The position numbers and the translations under genes are program-made. Source: Eledone cirrhosa (Eukaryota). From it: a stretch of 64,000 bases of DNA. The notes beneath the pieces were generated by a model that was given only the letters and a program-made list of their open reading frames with translations, was not told the DNA's origin and ran no database searches. This document shows positions 15,282 to 28,375 of the stretch, in pieces (position 1 is the first letter of the stretch; each line of letters opens with the position of its first letter). Where the stretch lies: positions 30,566,001 through 30,630,000 of the forward strand of contig OZ024749.1 in assembly GCA_964016885.1 (NCBI GenBank), read 5' to 3'.

Positions 15282-16463
15282 AACCAGTAAGACCCCGACA
15301 GCTGAGCTCAAGCCGTTTCGACGGCTAATTCTGAACTAAATGAAAATTTATCCTGGTATTTAAATAGCCGATCTTCTCAAGGGCTAATTCCATATATGGT
15401 CAAAGTGATTGTCAAAAATCAGTAGTAATTCTGTGGTTGCAAATTAGTAGGGGAGATGGTGGCTAAACCTGCGAGTAGGAGAAAGAGGGGAGGGGGTGGA
15501 GTAGACCCAATCAAGCGTTGGTAGTGCCAGCTACAGCTGGGCATGAGGTCAAAGAAGATACAGGGGAGGGAGAGGGGGAGGAAGTCGGAACGGTAGGTAG
15601 AACAATGGGGGGTAGAAATAGGAAAGAAAAAATACTGAGAGTGAAGAAAAGCAAATAAGTGTAAAGAAAAAAGTAAAGTAAATTAAATTCTACGACCTAG
15701 GTCTCAGGCTATTGTTAGGCTAGAATAAAATAAAGAAAGAAAGAAATAAATAAAGAAATAACGAAATAAGTAAAAGAACTAGGTGGGACGGATAAGGCAA
15801 GGACCCTTTTCAGAGGTATAAGTACGTAAATGATACGGTGACCGGTCAACAAAAGGGGCCAAAATACTAAAGAGACTACCACGAAATAAACAATAAAGGT
15901 TTCCATCCCGAGCCAGCAACGACCCAGTGCAGCAAAGTGAACTTGTACGAGATAATAATTCTGAGTCCCGAGAAAAATATATACTAATGCTAACTCTAAA
16001 AGATCTAAAACAAGCTACATGAAAGTTCGTACGAAATAAAGGTAGAATACGGAGAAATAAATTCAGAATCAACCCCGCCCAGAAGAAAAGCGAAGCAAGA
16101 AATACTGAAACGAAAAAATAAGGCATAAGTGCCACTAAGAAATATAGAGGGCACCGAGAATAGTAGGAGCGGTCGGGAAAAGGGGGCAAGTATCCGGGGT
16201 CTAAGCCAACTGCTATAAAGGGCGGAGTCCGCCAAATCTATCATAGACTAGGGGAGGGGTGGTGGGGGTACTAAGGCTACATGGGGCCAAAGGGCAGACT
16301 CGGGTGGGCGAGAAAAGACGCCGACAAATGAGAAGAGCTGGGGTAGAAGGACTAAGGAGAGAGGGGGGAAGGAAATAAAGGAAGCGATAAAAGAATACAA
16401 AGAAGATCTTACGTCTTCCTTGGCAAGCAGGGGTTACCCATTGCAAAATCGGCAAGTGGGGTG

Positions 16464-18008
16464 TTATAGCCCTAGTCTACCCCCCCCCCCCCCCGGGTCA
16501 TTATGGGGTTTGAGGGCGAGATAAGTCCTACGCAATCTATGTTTACATGCAGTGACCAGTTCATCTTTCTTGTTTAGGAGTTGGTCCGTCGAAAACAGCA
16601 TTTGTAAAGTTTCCTCCGAGCATAAATTGCACGGACGGCGTCCTCCCGTGTAAGAATTGGCTCTGGACAGTAATCTCCAAGTGAGATCATAGGTGATGTT
16701 GTTGTCCTTGAGGTCCCATATGTGGCCCGAAAGTGTAGTGGCGTGACGCCGGGCCAGGTTTCGGAAGGTATGTCTATGTTGGTATAGCCGTGTCTTGAAG
16801 TCACATGCGGTAAGTCCTATATAGGCTTTGTTGGAGGTATCCGTCCTCACGTTGCACTGGTAGATCACATTACGGTCTCTGCATCTATTGTCGAGTGGGC
16901 AAATATATCTATCCGGGCAGTTACACCTCCAGGTCGGTTCTCCACTGCTATTTAGGTTATTTCTGCCATCGGGGTTGAGTTTTTTGTTGTTAGAGGAGAC
17001 GATGTTTTGTGCGAAGTTTGGTGTAGTGCTGTAAGAGAGTTTGATGGTATTTTTGTTAATTATGTTGTGGTAGCGGTGTTGTAATGGGAAGTGTTTTTCA
17101 ATGAGCCTAAAGAATAGTTTCCCGATGGGAGTTGTCACCTCTGCGTTGTGGGGAGGATTGAACCATGTTACATTGCGTGAGCGGCGGTGTCTCCTGCTGG
17201 TTCCGCTAATGGGAGCTGGACAGTAGGATATTTCCTCCCGGAAACCACTCCGCTTGAGGGCCTGGTTGTAATAAGGCGCATGTTCATCGAATATCCGCTC
17301 ATTAGCTGACAAACGGGATATGCGGAGGGAGATGTTTTTGACCAGGTTGTTTGTGATGTTCCTAGGATGGTTTGATCGGCGGTGGATGTAGTGCAGATTG
17401 TCATTAGGTTTCCTGTATGGGTAGTACAGGTCGTTTTCGAGGTCGAGGGTCACGTCCAGGAAGTTTACTCGGGTCAGGGACGTTTGTAGGGTTATTTTAA
17501 ATCCCCAGTCGCGGAAGAATCTGATTAATTGTTTCCGAACCCGATCTGTACTACTGGGGTTGTACCCTTTAAGGGTAAGGAGCCCATCATCACGGTACAA
17601 TCCACCACCGAATGCGGGAAACATATCAGTGAGTTTGGCTATTAGGAATAATCCTATAAGATCTGTGACCTCCGCCGAATCCGTGGCGCCCATGCTGACG
17701 TCGAAGGGTGAGTCGGGAGCTCTTTTTATCCATTTAGAGTCGTCAAAGAGTAAGACTGTCTTCCTGGCGTGGAGGATGATTTTTCTTTCCTGGTCGGTGA
17801 TGGGCACAAGTGTTTCGGCGAAGTCCAAGGCGGCTGTAAGTAGCGGTAAGGTGATTGAAGCATAGTAGCTCTCTATGTCGAACTGTATGAATTTAGTTTC
17901 TCGTTTATCCTCCATATTGCTGAACCATGAGATTACTTCCTGGGTGTTGATCCATAGGCTAAGTCGGGTGTGTTGCTTGACTTTTGGTATCACGCGGTCT
18001 AGGATTTT
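16464..18008 (-). CDS. PLE reverse transcriptase + GIY-YIG endonuclease (5'-truncated, open frame)
   Basis: FIQFDIESYYASI, DVSMGATDSAEVTDLIG, LYRDDGL, YRKP, linker CNCx5C, NVIYQC..AYIGLT, C-terminal CNLC..E..LLNKKDEL..CKH. Confidence 0.93.
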   Translation of the reverse strand, partial: KILDRVIPKVKQHTRLSLWINTQEVISWFSNMEDKRETKFIQFDIESYYASITLPLLTAALDFAETLVPITDQERKIILHARKTVLLFDDSKWIKRAPDSPFDVSMGATDSAEVTDLIGLFLIAKLTDMFPAFGGGLYRDDGLLTLKGYNPSSTDRVRKQLIRFFRDWGFKITLQTSLTRVNFLDVTLDLENDLYYPYRKPNDNLHYIHRRSNHPRNITNNLVKNISLRISRLSANERIFDEHAPYYNQALKRSGFREEISYCPAPISGTSRRHRRSRNVTWFNPPHNAEVTTPIGKLFFRLIEKHFPLQHRYHNIINKNTIKLSYSTTPNFAQNIVSSNNKKLNPDGRNNLNSSGEPTWRCNCPDRYICPLDNRCRDRNVIYQCNVRTDTSNKAYIGLTACDFKTRLYQHRHTFRNLARRHATTLSGHIWDLKDNNITYDLTWRLLSRANSYTGGRRPCNLCSEETLQMLFSTDQLLNKKDELVTACKHRLRRTYLALKPHNDPGGGGGRLGL

Positions 18009-19370
18009 TTGGACTTCGCCGAAACACTTGTGCCCATCACCGACCAGGAAAGAAAAATCATCCTCCATGCTAGGAAGACAGTCTTACTCTTTGACGACTC
18101 TAAATGGATAAAAAGAGCTCCCGACTCACCCTTCGACGTCAGCATGGGCGCCACGGATTCGGCGGAGGTCACAGATCTTATAGGATTATTCCTAATAGCC
18201 AAACTCACTGATATGTTTCCCGCATTCGGTGGTGGATTGTACCGTGATGATGGGCTCCTTACCCTTAAAGGGTACAACCCCAGTAGTACAGATCGGGTCC
18301 GGAAACAATTAATCAGATTCTTCCGCGACTGGGGATTTAAAATAACCCTACAAACGTCCCTGACCCGAGTAAACTTCCTGGACGTGACCCTCGACCTCGA
18401 AAACGACCTGTACTACCCATACAGGAAACCTAATGACAATCTGCACTACATCCACCGCCGATCAAACCATCCTAGGAACATCACAAACAACCTGGTCAAA
18501 AACATCTCCCTCCGCATATCCCGTTTGTCAGCTAATGAGCGGATATTCGATGAACATGCGCCTTATTACAACCAGGCCCTCAAGCGGAGTGGTTTCCGGG
18601 AGGAAATATCCTACTGTCCAGCTCCCATTAGCGGAACCAGCAGGAGACACCGCCGCTCACGCAATGTAACATGGTTCAATCCTCCCCACAACGCAGAGGT
18701 GACAACTCCCATCGGGAAACTATTCTTTAGGCTCATTGAAAAACACTTCCCATTACAACACCGCTACCACAACATAATTAACAAAAATACCATCAAACTC
18801 TCTTACAGTACTACACCAAACTTCGCACAAAACATCGTCTCCTCTAACAACAAAAAACTCAACCCCGATGGCAGAAATAACCTAAATAGCAGTGGAGAAC
18901 CGACCAGAAGGTGTAACTGCCCGGATAGATCTATTTGCCCACTCGACAATAGATGCAGAGACCGTAATGTGATCTACCAGTGCAACGTGAGGACGGATAC
19001 CTCCAACAAAGCCTATATAGGACTTACCGCATGTGACTTCAAGACCCGGCTATACCAACATAGACATACCTTCCGAAACCCGGCCCGGCGTCACGCCACT
19101 ACACTTTCGGGCCACATATGGGACCTCAAGGACAACAACATCACCTATGATCTCACTTGGAGATTACTGTCCAGAGCCAATTCTTACACGGGAGGACGCC
19201 GTCCGTGCAATTTATGCTCGGAGGAAACTTTACAAATGCTGTTTTCGACGGACCAACTCCTAAACAAGAAAGATGAACTGGTCACTGCATGTAAACATAG
19301 ATTGCGTAGGACTTACCTCACCCTCAAACCCCATAATGACCCGGGGGGGGGGGGTAGACTAGGGCTGTAA
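18009..19370 (+). CDS. PLE RT (partial) + GIY-YIG, inverted copy
   Basis: Near-identical to the minus-strand ORF, differing by W/R, Y/S, L/P, A/T and one Gly. Confidence 0.93.
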   Translation: MDFAETLVPITDQERKIILHARKTVLLFDDSKWIKRAPDSPFDVSMGATDSAEVTDLIGLFLIAKLTDMFPAFGGGLYRDDGLLTLKGYNPSSTDRVRKQLIRFFRDWGFKITLQTSLTRVNFLDVTLDLENDLYYPYRKPNDNLHYIHRRSNHPRNITNNLVKNISLRISRLSANERIFDEHAPYYNQALKRSGFREEISYCPAPISGTSRRHRRSRNVTWFNPPHNAEVTTPIGKLFFRLIEKHFPLQHRYHNIINKNTIKLSYSTTPNFAQNIVSSNNKKLNPDGRNNLNSSGEPTRRCNCPDRSICPLDNRCRDRNVIYQCNVRTDTSNKAYIGLTACDFKTRLYQHRHTFRNPARRHATTLSGHIWDLKDNNITYDLTWRLLSRANSYTGGRRPCNLCSEETLQMLFSTDQLLNKKDELVTACKHRLRRTYLTLKPHNDPGGGGRLGL

Positions 19371-20461
19371 CACCCCACTTGCCGATTTTGCAATGGGTAA
19401 CCCCTGCTTGCCAAGGAAGACGTAAGATCTTCTTTGTATTCTTTTATCGCTTCCTTTATTTCCTCCCCCCTCTCTCCTTAGTCCTTCTACCCCAGCTCTT
19501 CTCCTTTGTCGGCGTCTTTTCTCGCCCACCCGAGGCTGCCCTTTGGCCCCATGTAGCCTTAGTACCCCCACCACCCCTCCCCTAGTCTATGATAGATTTG
19601 GCGGACTCCGCCCTTTATAGCAGTTGGCTTAGACCCCGGATACTTGCCCCCTTTTCCCGACCGCTCCTACTATTCTCGGTGCCCTCTATATTTCTTAGTG
19701 GCACTTATGCCTTATTTTTTCGTTTCAGTATTTCTTGCTTCGCTTTTTTTCTGGGCGGGGTTGATTCTGAATTTATTTCTCCGTATTCTACCTTTATTTC
19801 GTACGAACTTTCATGTAGCTTGTTTTAGATCTTTTAGAGTTAGCATTAGTATATATTTTTCTCGGGACTCAGAATTATTATCTCGTACAAGTTCACTTTG
19901 CTGCACTGGGTCGTTGCTGGCTCGGGATGGAAACCTTTATTGTTTATTTCGTGGTAGTCTCTTTAGTATTTTGGCCCCTTTTGTTGACCGGTCACCGTAT
20001 CATTTACGTACTTATACCTCTTAAAAGGGTCCTTGCCTTATCCGTCCCACCTAGTTCTTTTACTTATTTCGTTATTTCTTTATTTATTTCTTTCTTTACT
20101 TCTTTCTTTCTTTCTTTATTTTATTCTAGCCTAACAATAGCCTGAGACCTAGGTCGTAGAATTTAATTTACTTTACTTTTTTCTTTACACTTATTTGCTT
20201 TCTTCACTCTCAGTATTTTTTCTTTCCTATTTCTACCCCCCATTGTTCTACCTACCGTTCCGACTTCCTCCCCCTCCCCATCCCCTGTATCTTCTTTGAC
20301 CTCATGCCCAGCTGTAGCTGGCACTACCAACGCTTGATTGGGTCTACTCCACCCCCTCCCCTCTTTCTCCTACTCGCAGGTTTAGCCACCATCTCCCCTA
20401 CTAATTTGCAACCACAGAATTACTACTGATTTTTGACAATCACTTTGACCATATATGGAAT

Positions 20462-20545
20462 TAGCCCTTGAGAAGATCGGCTATTTAAATACCAGGATAA
20501 ATTTTCATTTAGTCCAGAATTAGCCGTCGAAACGGCTTCAGCTCA
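20462..20545 (+). ncRNA. Hammerhead-like variant (TTGAGAA core) in the family A pLTR
   Basis: AGCCC-TTGAGAA-GATCGGCTA..TAGCCGTC-GAAA-CGGC-TT-(G/C)AGCT; stem I imperfect. Confidence 0.45.
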
Positions 20546-20647
20546 GCTGTCGGGGTCTTACTGGTTCCTATTACCCACTCTACTACCTCAAGTATTGAGT
20601 ACTTTGGTGCGTTATGGTCCACCTGGTTCCTTACCACATTTCCTTCG

Positions 20648-20683
<36 letters not shown>

Positions 20684-21103
20684 AATGGCGTGCTACGTGG
20701 TTGCACATGGGTTACATATGAATAATATTAGTCATTCATCAGTGATCTTCCAACCTTCATTCGTATTTCCTCGCTTTAAAGATCATATACCTCTGGTTGG
20801 TGCGAGCAATAACTAAAGAAAGTTATGGGGACACGTAAAATAGGGTGAAGCGAGCGAGATATGTATACAAACATAGATGGTAATGCAACGGAAAGAGAGG
20901 ATGACTCACCGAGCTTAAGTTCATAGATATCACGGACTTCTCTCTTCTCTTCCTCTCTTGCCGTTGCATTACTATTCACCCTATTTTACGTGTCCCAATA
21001 ACTTTCTTTTGTTATTAAACGCACCAATCAGAGGTACATGATCTTTAAAGCGAGGAAATACGAATGAAAGTTGGAAGATCACTGATGAAGGACTAATTTT
21101 ATT

Positions 21104-21137
<34 letters not shown>

Positions 21138-21562
21138 CACATATATATACGAAAAAGTATGACCCCGACGGCAGAGCTCAAGCCGATTCGACGGCTATTT
21201 CTGGCTTAGTCCAGAAATAGCCGTCAAAACGGCTTGAGCTCTGCCGTCGGGGTCATACTTTTCCTATTTCCCACTCTAATACCCTAAGTATTGCGTACTC
21301 TGGTGCGTTATAGTCCATCTGGTTCCTTACCACAATTCCTTTGTTATATATATATATATATATAAATATATATATATAACGAAGGAAAAGTGGTAAGGAA
21401 CCAGGTGGACTATAGCGCACCAAAGTACTCAATACTTAGGGTAGTAGAGTGGATAATAGAGAGCGAGTAAGACCCCGACGGCTGAGCTCAAGCCGTTTCG
21501 ACGGCTAATTCTGGACTAGCCGTCGAAACGGCTTGAGCTCAGCCGTCGGGGTCTTACTCATT

Positions 21563-21604
<42 letters not shown>

Positions 21605-21696
21605 GACATATATACATAATCTCCATAAAGCCCATGTATAAAGATGTGTATATATGTTATATATATATATTTATATATACATATATACACATATAT

Positions 21697-21769
<73 letters not shown>

Positions 21770-22156
21770 TAAACGGAATAGAAAATGCTGACAAATTGTT
21801 CACAGTTGAAAAATGCTTTAATTAGGAATAACAGAGTATTAGAAATTGTATGGGTTAGTATTCAGTTGTGGTTTTAAGTTTTTAAGTTTTTACCGGTTGC
21901 GCATTTCTAAATGCTTTTCAAAAATAATTTTGAGATAGAGTGTCCGTGTTGTTTGCTCTGATCTGATTAGTTTTGGGAATTCTACCTGTTTTTATGTTAA
22001 AAAAGTGGCTCCAGCGCTACTTTGGTGTTGGTATATATATATATACAGATTGACTTTGTTAGTTTCAGAAGATCCCGTTAAGGGTGAAAGCAGCGATTCT
22101 TTGCTTAAATTTTAATCTGTTATATTAATAAATATATATATATATATATATATATA

Positions 22157-23068
22157 TTAAAGAGTTAAACAAGATTCAATGAGTACATCAAAGAATGAGT
22201 TTTACAGTAGATTGGACGCACTCTACAGTGGATATTTTCCAGAGTTATTAATATTAATTCAAATATTAACAAAATAGATATTCTTGTGATCAATTAAATT
22301 TTATTATACATATTTCAGAGGTACTGAATCAAGTTCAACAGTACGTCCTCATCAGATAAAATAAAATGATACATGACATACCCTGACATGTTAGATGGTT
22401 AAGATTTAATAAAGGTAGTGATTAACTTATGAGAAAACTCAATATTTATACCCTAATATTGAGAGCATTCGAAAACGTAATAGAGTCAATAGAGAGAGTG
22501 TGAGTAAGAAAAACATTGCCTTAATGCAACAGTTATAGTGTTTTTAAAATTTTAAATACTACTATAGAAGTATAGAGGAAGGCGTATCTTGAGTTATAAT
22601 TTATTTAGTATTTAGCTTGAGAAGACAACTGACAGATAATTAAAGAGAGGGATAGACAAAGGGGAGTAATTTATGGTCAAATTTTCTTTAGACGCACATA
22701 AACATATATAGCTTTGGCGGTTAAATTTCAAATATTTAATTTATGTTACTTTAGGGTAAAGAATCAAAATTTTAGGTTTTAACAGTTGATAGTTATTTGT
22801 ATTAATTTTATAATATAATTGTGTTAAATTTCTAAGATTCAAAGTTTTATGAAAACAAATTTAAAGGATTTACAAGGCCCACGAAAGAAAAAAATATATA
22901 ATGTTCAATATTCTCACAAAGGAATCTTTAACAAAATTACTTGTAACACTGACAACATTTTCTATAATATAATTTATGAGATATTTACAGTTATAAATAT
23001 TAAGGAATTTATTGTTAAATATTTATAGTGCCTAAAGTATTGACATGTCTTATAATTAAAGAGGTCAG

Positions 23069-23108
<40 letters not shown>

Positions 23109-24360
23109 AACGAGTAGGACCCCGACGGCTGAGCTCAAGCCGTTTCGACGGCTAATTCTGGACTAAATGAAAATGTTTATCCTAGTATATGAATAGCCTG
23201 GTATATGAATAGCCAGTATTGAGTACTTTGGTGCGTTATGGTCCACCTGGTTCCTTACCACATTTCCTTCGTTATATATATATATATATATGTGTGTTGA
23301 TCATAATATCAAGACTATAATTTATTATTTGTTCATATATTATATTAAGTCATTATATTAGTTCTACCTTCTAGGGAAGACCGAACTTTAATTATGATTA
23401 TGCTATTATACAATATAAATATATTTGTACAAACTATATATAGAGATATACCGAACTATAATTATGATTATGTTATTATACAATATAAACATATTTGCAC
23501 AAACTATATATAGAGATATACTAAGTATTAATGAGACGGTATACATTTAATAAAGAATAACGATTATAATCTTTGTTAGTAGTTTCGTACATGTGTAACT
23601 ACGATTATGTTAGTACAATATATTTGCACAAACTATACATTGATATACTAGATATTAATAAGACGGTATATATCCAATAAAACATAACGATTACAAACAC
23701 TGTTAGTAGTACTACCTCCAGTTCAGTGGAGATATAAACCAATAGTTGACTGCTAATATTGTTGGTTAAAAATACATAAAAAGCAAAGCGCAAAGCCAAC
23801 TTTCTGAGTCTTCAAAAACCATTTCCAAATAAGTAATATATATATATATATATATGAATTATAAGAATCAAAGAACTGTTCAAGACATTTTTATGCTTAC
23901 AACTGTTTCCTCCAAACCGAGGTTTGGATTCTTCGGAGCAATTTATTATTGAATGAACAGTTATATGACCTCCTTTTTCACCCAAGAGACATACAGATAC
24001 ATATGCAAATATTGTGGGCCAACATTCATTATAGCATTTAGAGTGGCAGTACACACTTAGAGATTACATTCATATTAAAAGATACAATCAAAAATACAGG
24101 TTAAAATACAACATGAAATTAAGCGGTTATATAGTGCAAAGGTTATATGTGTGGCAAGCACGTGCGTCTTGTTTATATAATTGTTCTTATAATTCATATA
24201 ACTGCTCTGTAAATCATCTGATGTTTTTACATTGAGCTATTTAACTTACTGGTAATAAGGTAGTAATATATTACTGCCTACTACTATTTAGGGTTTATAT
24301 AAAAATATATATAACTGCAAAAGGTTTTTGTATTTACATAAACATAGATAGTATAACTAA

Positions 24361-24437
<77 letters not shown>

Positions 24438-26170
24438 CACACATATATATAAACATGTAAACGCATGAATGATCCACAGTTCAAATTACAGTCAGTAAAA
24501 TTTACAGGTTAGATATCTAAACTATATATTTAAAACAGAGATAGAAAAATAAAGATCTGAATCAAAGTTAAAATTATCCCAAAAGCCATAGGTTATGCAT
24601 ATCCAACCAACAAACAAGTTGTTAAACAAGTGTCACTCATTCAAACATTATTTCCATTATAAATGATTAGAAGATAAAGCATTATTAAAGATTTATAAGC
24701 CGTTATGATTTATATGTTCAACCGTTGATGATGTACGTCTAAAAACCAGGCTTGGTTGCTTACTGTTTTTTCCCGACTTTATGCGAGGCTTGGAATGTAG
24801 ACAAAGCTTTATGAAGGCAGGTTGAGAATAATTCACTTTTTTGTTAATTAAGTTTTCATAATTATTAATTATCAACAGGGTCTCCATTGTGCAGAGGGCG
24901 CAGTTACTTGATATACTTGAGTTGAGATAAACTCCACTATTACAAAGTTTCGTCCAAAAGATCGAGTATTTTAAATTTTTGTTTTTTAATGCCGTGATAA
25001 AGAAGTCGAAGATTTCCTATTTGAATTCGAGAATGAGCATTTAAGATTCGCAAATCTAGCCTTAAATATAGAAGAAGTCGCTCGTATGTAGTTTTATGTA
25101 TTGTTATCAGTTTTTACGGTGTATTTATACACCAAATTACTGTCCAAACAATTATTTTGCAGAGGGTAATCTTGTTTATTTCTACATTTACATTTTGATT
25201 TATTATTATTTATGTTAACACTATTATTAATATCATTATGCTGATTTTGATTTAGAATTTTACTGTTTATTTTAGCAATGTTTCGGGCCATATTCATAGT
25301 TGCAGAATAAGATAATTTAATAGTGAGTCTATTAAAAATGTATTGGTATTTATGTTGACTAGGGAAAGAGCTATCCAAAGCTTTAAAGAATAGATTAGCT
25401 ATTGGTGTTCTTACTACTACAGAAGCAGGGATGGGGGGTGGGGGGGGAGCAAACCATATAACTGATTTAGTTCTGGTTCTTTTCCTCGATTTGTTCACAG
25501 TATAGGTGTTTGAATTATAATTACTAGAATTTATAGAATTTCGTTTATATATGCCATTATTTTTATCAGGATTAAAACTTGGATTATTATTATTATGTAC
25601 ATATTCTATATTATTCTCATAACCTGCTCTTTTTAGCGCTTCATTGTAATATCCTGCATTTTCATCAAATATTGCTTTATTGGCAGATATTCTATTAATG
25701 CGTTTTTGCACACAATTTACAATTGCTTTTTTTACTGACTTAGGGTGATTGGAGTAATAACTAACGTAATTTAAGTTTTCATTGAGCTTATGGAAAGGAT
25801 AATAAAAGCCAGAGTTTAAGTTAAACGTAACATCAAGGAAATTAACTATTTTGGTACCACTTTCTACTTCTAGCTTATATAATATAATTTTAAAGAATTC
25901 AATTATATTTTTCTTACTCACACCCTCTCTAGTGATTCTATTACGTTTTCGCATGTTCTCAATATTAGGGTATAGATATTGAGTTTTCTCATAAGTTAAT
26001 CACTACCTTTATTAAATCTTAACCATCTAACATGTCAGGGTATGTCATGTATCATTTTATTTTATCTGATGAGGACGTACTGTTGAACTTGATTCAGTAC
26101 CTCTGAAATATGTATAATAAAATTTAATTGATCACAAGAATATCTATTTTGTTAATATTTGAATTAATAT
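22157..26170 (-). mobile_element. Degenerate PLE (family C) with long 3' UTR and inverted pLTR at its truncated 5' end
   Basis: VNFLDVTF, YSNHP, IKLSYS, CKCRNK..PL, CALCTME between ~24830 and 25900; ~22250-22512 is the reverse complement of ~25909-26170; another pLTR copy at 26543-26835. Confidence 0.85.
26058..26122 (+). ncRNA. Type I minimal hammerhead (family C)
   Basis: TTTTAT-CTGATGA-GG..GTACTG/CAGTAC..CT-GAAA-TATGTA-TA-ATAAAA; inverted copies at ~22298-22362 and ~26685-26748; relative at 60111-60172. Confidence 0.78.
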
Positions 26171-26909
26171 ATATATATATATATACATTAAATATATTTT
26201 GTTTATTTAAAGATTCACTTCTTTAAAATTTCTGAAATGTCAACACTTCCGGTGGCGATCGCTTAAATAAACATATTAATTTTCTCCCACTAATTTTCTC
26301 CTAATGCAGTTTATATATAATATCGTCTTTTTTAATGTATCATGGATTACGTTACTGATTACATAAGACAGTGTAACGATGTCTTCGTTCAATTTCTATG
26401 TATTATAGACTCACACGTATGGATAAGTAGCGAAATGAGCAGACATGAAAATTGATAAAAACCAAAAAATATATAAAGATAAAAATGGACGGGCTGGCAA
26501 AAAGGAATATAAAAATAAAAATTATATATATATATATATATATTTAAAAATTAAACAAGGTTCAATGCATAAATCAAAGAATGAGTTTTACAATAGATTG
26601 GAAGCACTCAACAAGTATGGTTTTTCAGAGTTATTAATATTAATTCAAAATATTAACAAAATAGATATTCTTGTGATCAAGTATATTTTATTATACATAT
26701 TTCAGAGGTACTGAGTTAAGTTCAACAGTACGTTCTCATCAGAAATAATAAGATGATGCGTGACATACCCTAACATAGTAGATGGTTAAGATTCAGTCAT
26801 GGTAGTATGACTGAATCTTAACCATCTACTATGTCATATTACAATATGACCCTCCCCAAATATAACAATATTTGTTTCGACACGCAATTTCATATCAAAA
26901 TCCTTGCAA

Positions 26910-26962
<53 letters not shown>

Positions 26963-27713
26963 GAGTTTGAATTATTTTCCCACATCTTACGTTAACTATT
27001 TTTCCATTTTGACGCTATAGTAACTTATATATTATGGAATACTGTTGGCTTCTTGCTCACAATAATTTCTATACTTTTCATTTATATTTATACTCGGATT
27101 TCTTTCCTAGAGTGCTTAAAATTATTTGTGACTAATCCCGGTCTTTAAAAAAAAACAAAAAAACCGCGATAATATTGCTTTTGCTGAACTCCTTATATTG
27201 TAGAGTTTTTCGGAATGTTTTTCACTGTTATTTCATGTAAACAGACATTCGTCTCATTCTGACGTCACCAGCCCTGTCTCTACATGTGCGTTTATCTTCA
27301 TAATTACGCATGATGTTGAACTAGCCTGCTTTTAAATTCCCTTTTTGGCATATTATAAACAGTGGTCTTTGGTTAGCGTGACTTTGAGCTCTGCTGATGA
27401 TCGATTCGAACCGTAACCATCCCCACTGAAGGTTTCGTGAAATAGTCTTTTTTAAGACTATACAGAGCATTTGTAGTTTTTCCAAATTGAAGGATGAGTA
27501 TTTAAAACTTTATTTTATTCTGAGTTAAGGCTCTATTGATTTTTCCCTGGATTTCGCTAAATTCTGTGGATGAATCTATATCCTGATTCTTTTTGAATTG
27601 AGTTTGAATTATTTTCCCACATCTTACGTTAATTATCTTTCCATTTTGACGCTATAGTCACTTATATATTATGGAATACTATTGGCTTCTTGCTCACAAT
27701 AATTTCTATACTT

Positions 27714-27764
<51 letters not shown>

Positions 27765-28375
27765 TACTGGCAGGTTTAACTACCCCCTCCCCCACTAATT
27801 TGCCATCACAGAATTATTATGTCTCAACTACTAACTTTTGACCAATCCCTGTGACACTCACTTTGACCATATATGGAATTACCCCTTGAGAAGCTCGGCT
27901 ATTCAAATACCAGGATAAATTTTCATTTAGTCCAGAATTAGCCGTCAAAACGGCTTGAGCTCAGCCGTCGGGTCTTACTCGTTTCTATTACCCACTCTAC
28001 TACCCTAAGTATTGAGTTCTTTGGTGCGTTATGGTCTACCTGGTTCCTTACCACATTTCCTTCGTTATATATATATTTATATATGTGTAAATATATATTT
28101 ATATATATAGGAAAATGTGATCTGGTAAGGAACCAGATGGACCATAACGCACCAGAGTACTCAATACTTAGGGTAGTAGAGTGGGTAATAGGAAAAAGTA
28201 AGACCCCGACGGCAGAGCTCAAGCCGTTTCGACGGCTATTTCTGGTATCGACACTCTGGCTTGCGCTCTGCCGTCGGGGTTAAACATTTTCCTATTACCC
28301 ACTCTACTACCCAAAGTATTGAGTACTCTGGTGCGTTATGGTCCATCTGGTTCCTTACCACACTTCCTTTGTTAT

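Larger units (their letters stand above)
15279..20648. mobile_element. Head-to-head inverted pair of 5'-truncated Penelope-like elements (family A)
   Basis: Arms ~15279-17828 and ~18009-20570 are near-perfect reverse complements; both encode RT plus GIY-YIG; both outer ends abut (TA)n. Confidence 0.95.

Noticed and set aside
15715-16455. Hydrophobic ORFs in the PLE 3' UTR (mirrored at 19379-20145)
   Set aside because: Pyrimidine-rich UTR with alternative start codons and no recognisable domain
18009-18068. N-terminus MEDDFSFLVGDGHKCFGEVQ of the 534-aa ORF
   Set aside because: Antisense of the right palindrome arm; a junction artefact, not the true PLE start
21150-21565. Repeat-spacer appearance resembling a CRISPR array
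   Set aside because: Eukaryotic DNA; the units are rearranged PLE pLTR fragments separated by TA tracts, with no constant spacer length and no cas genes
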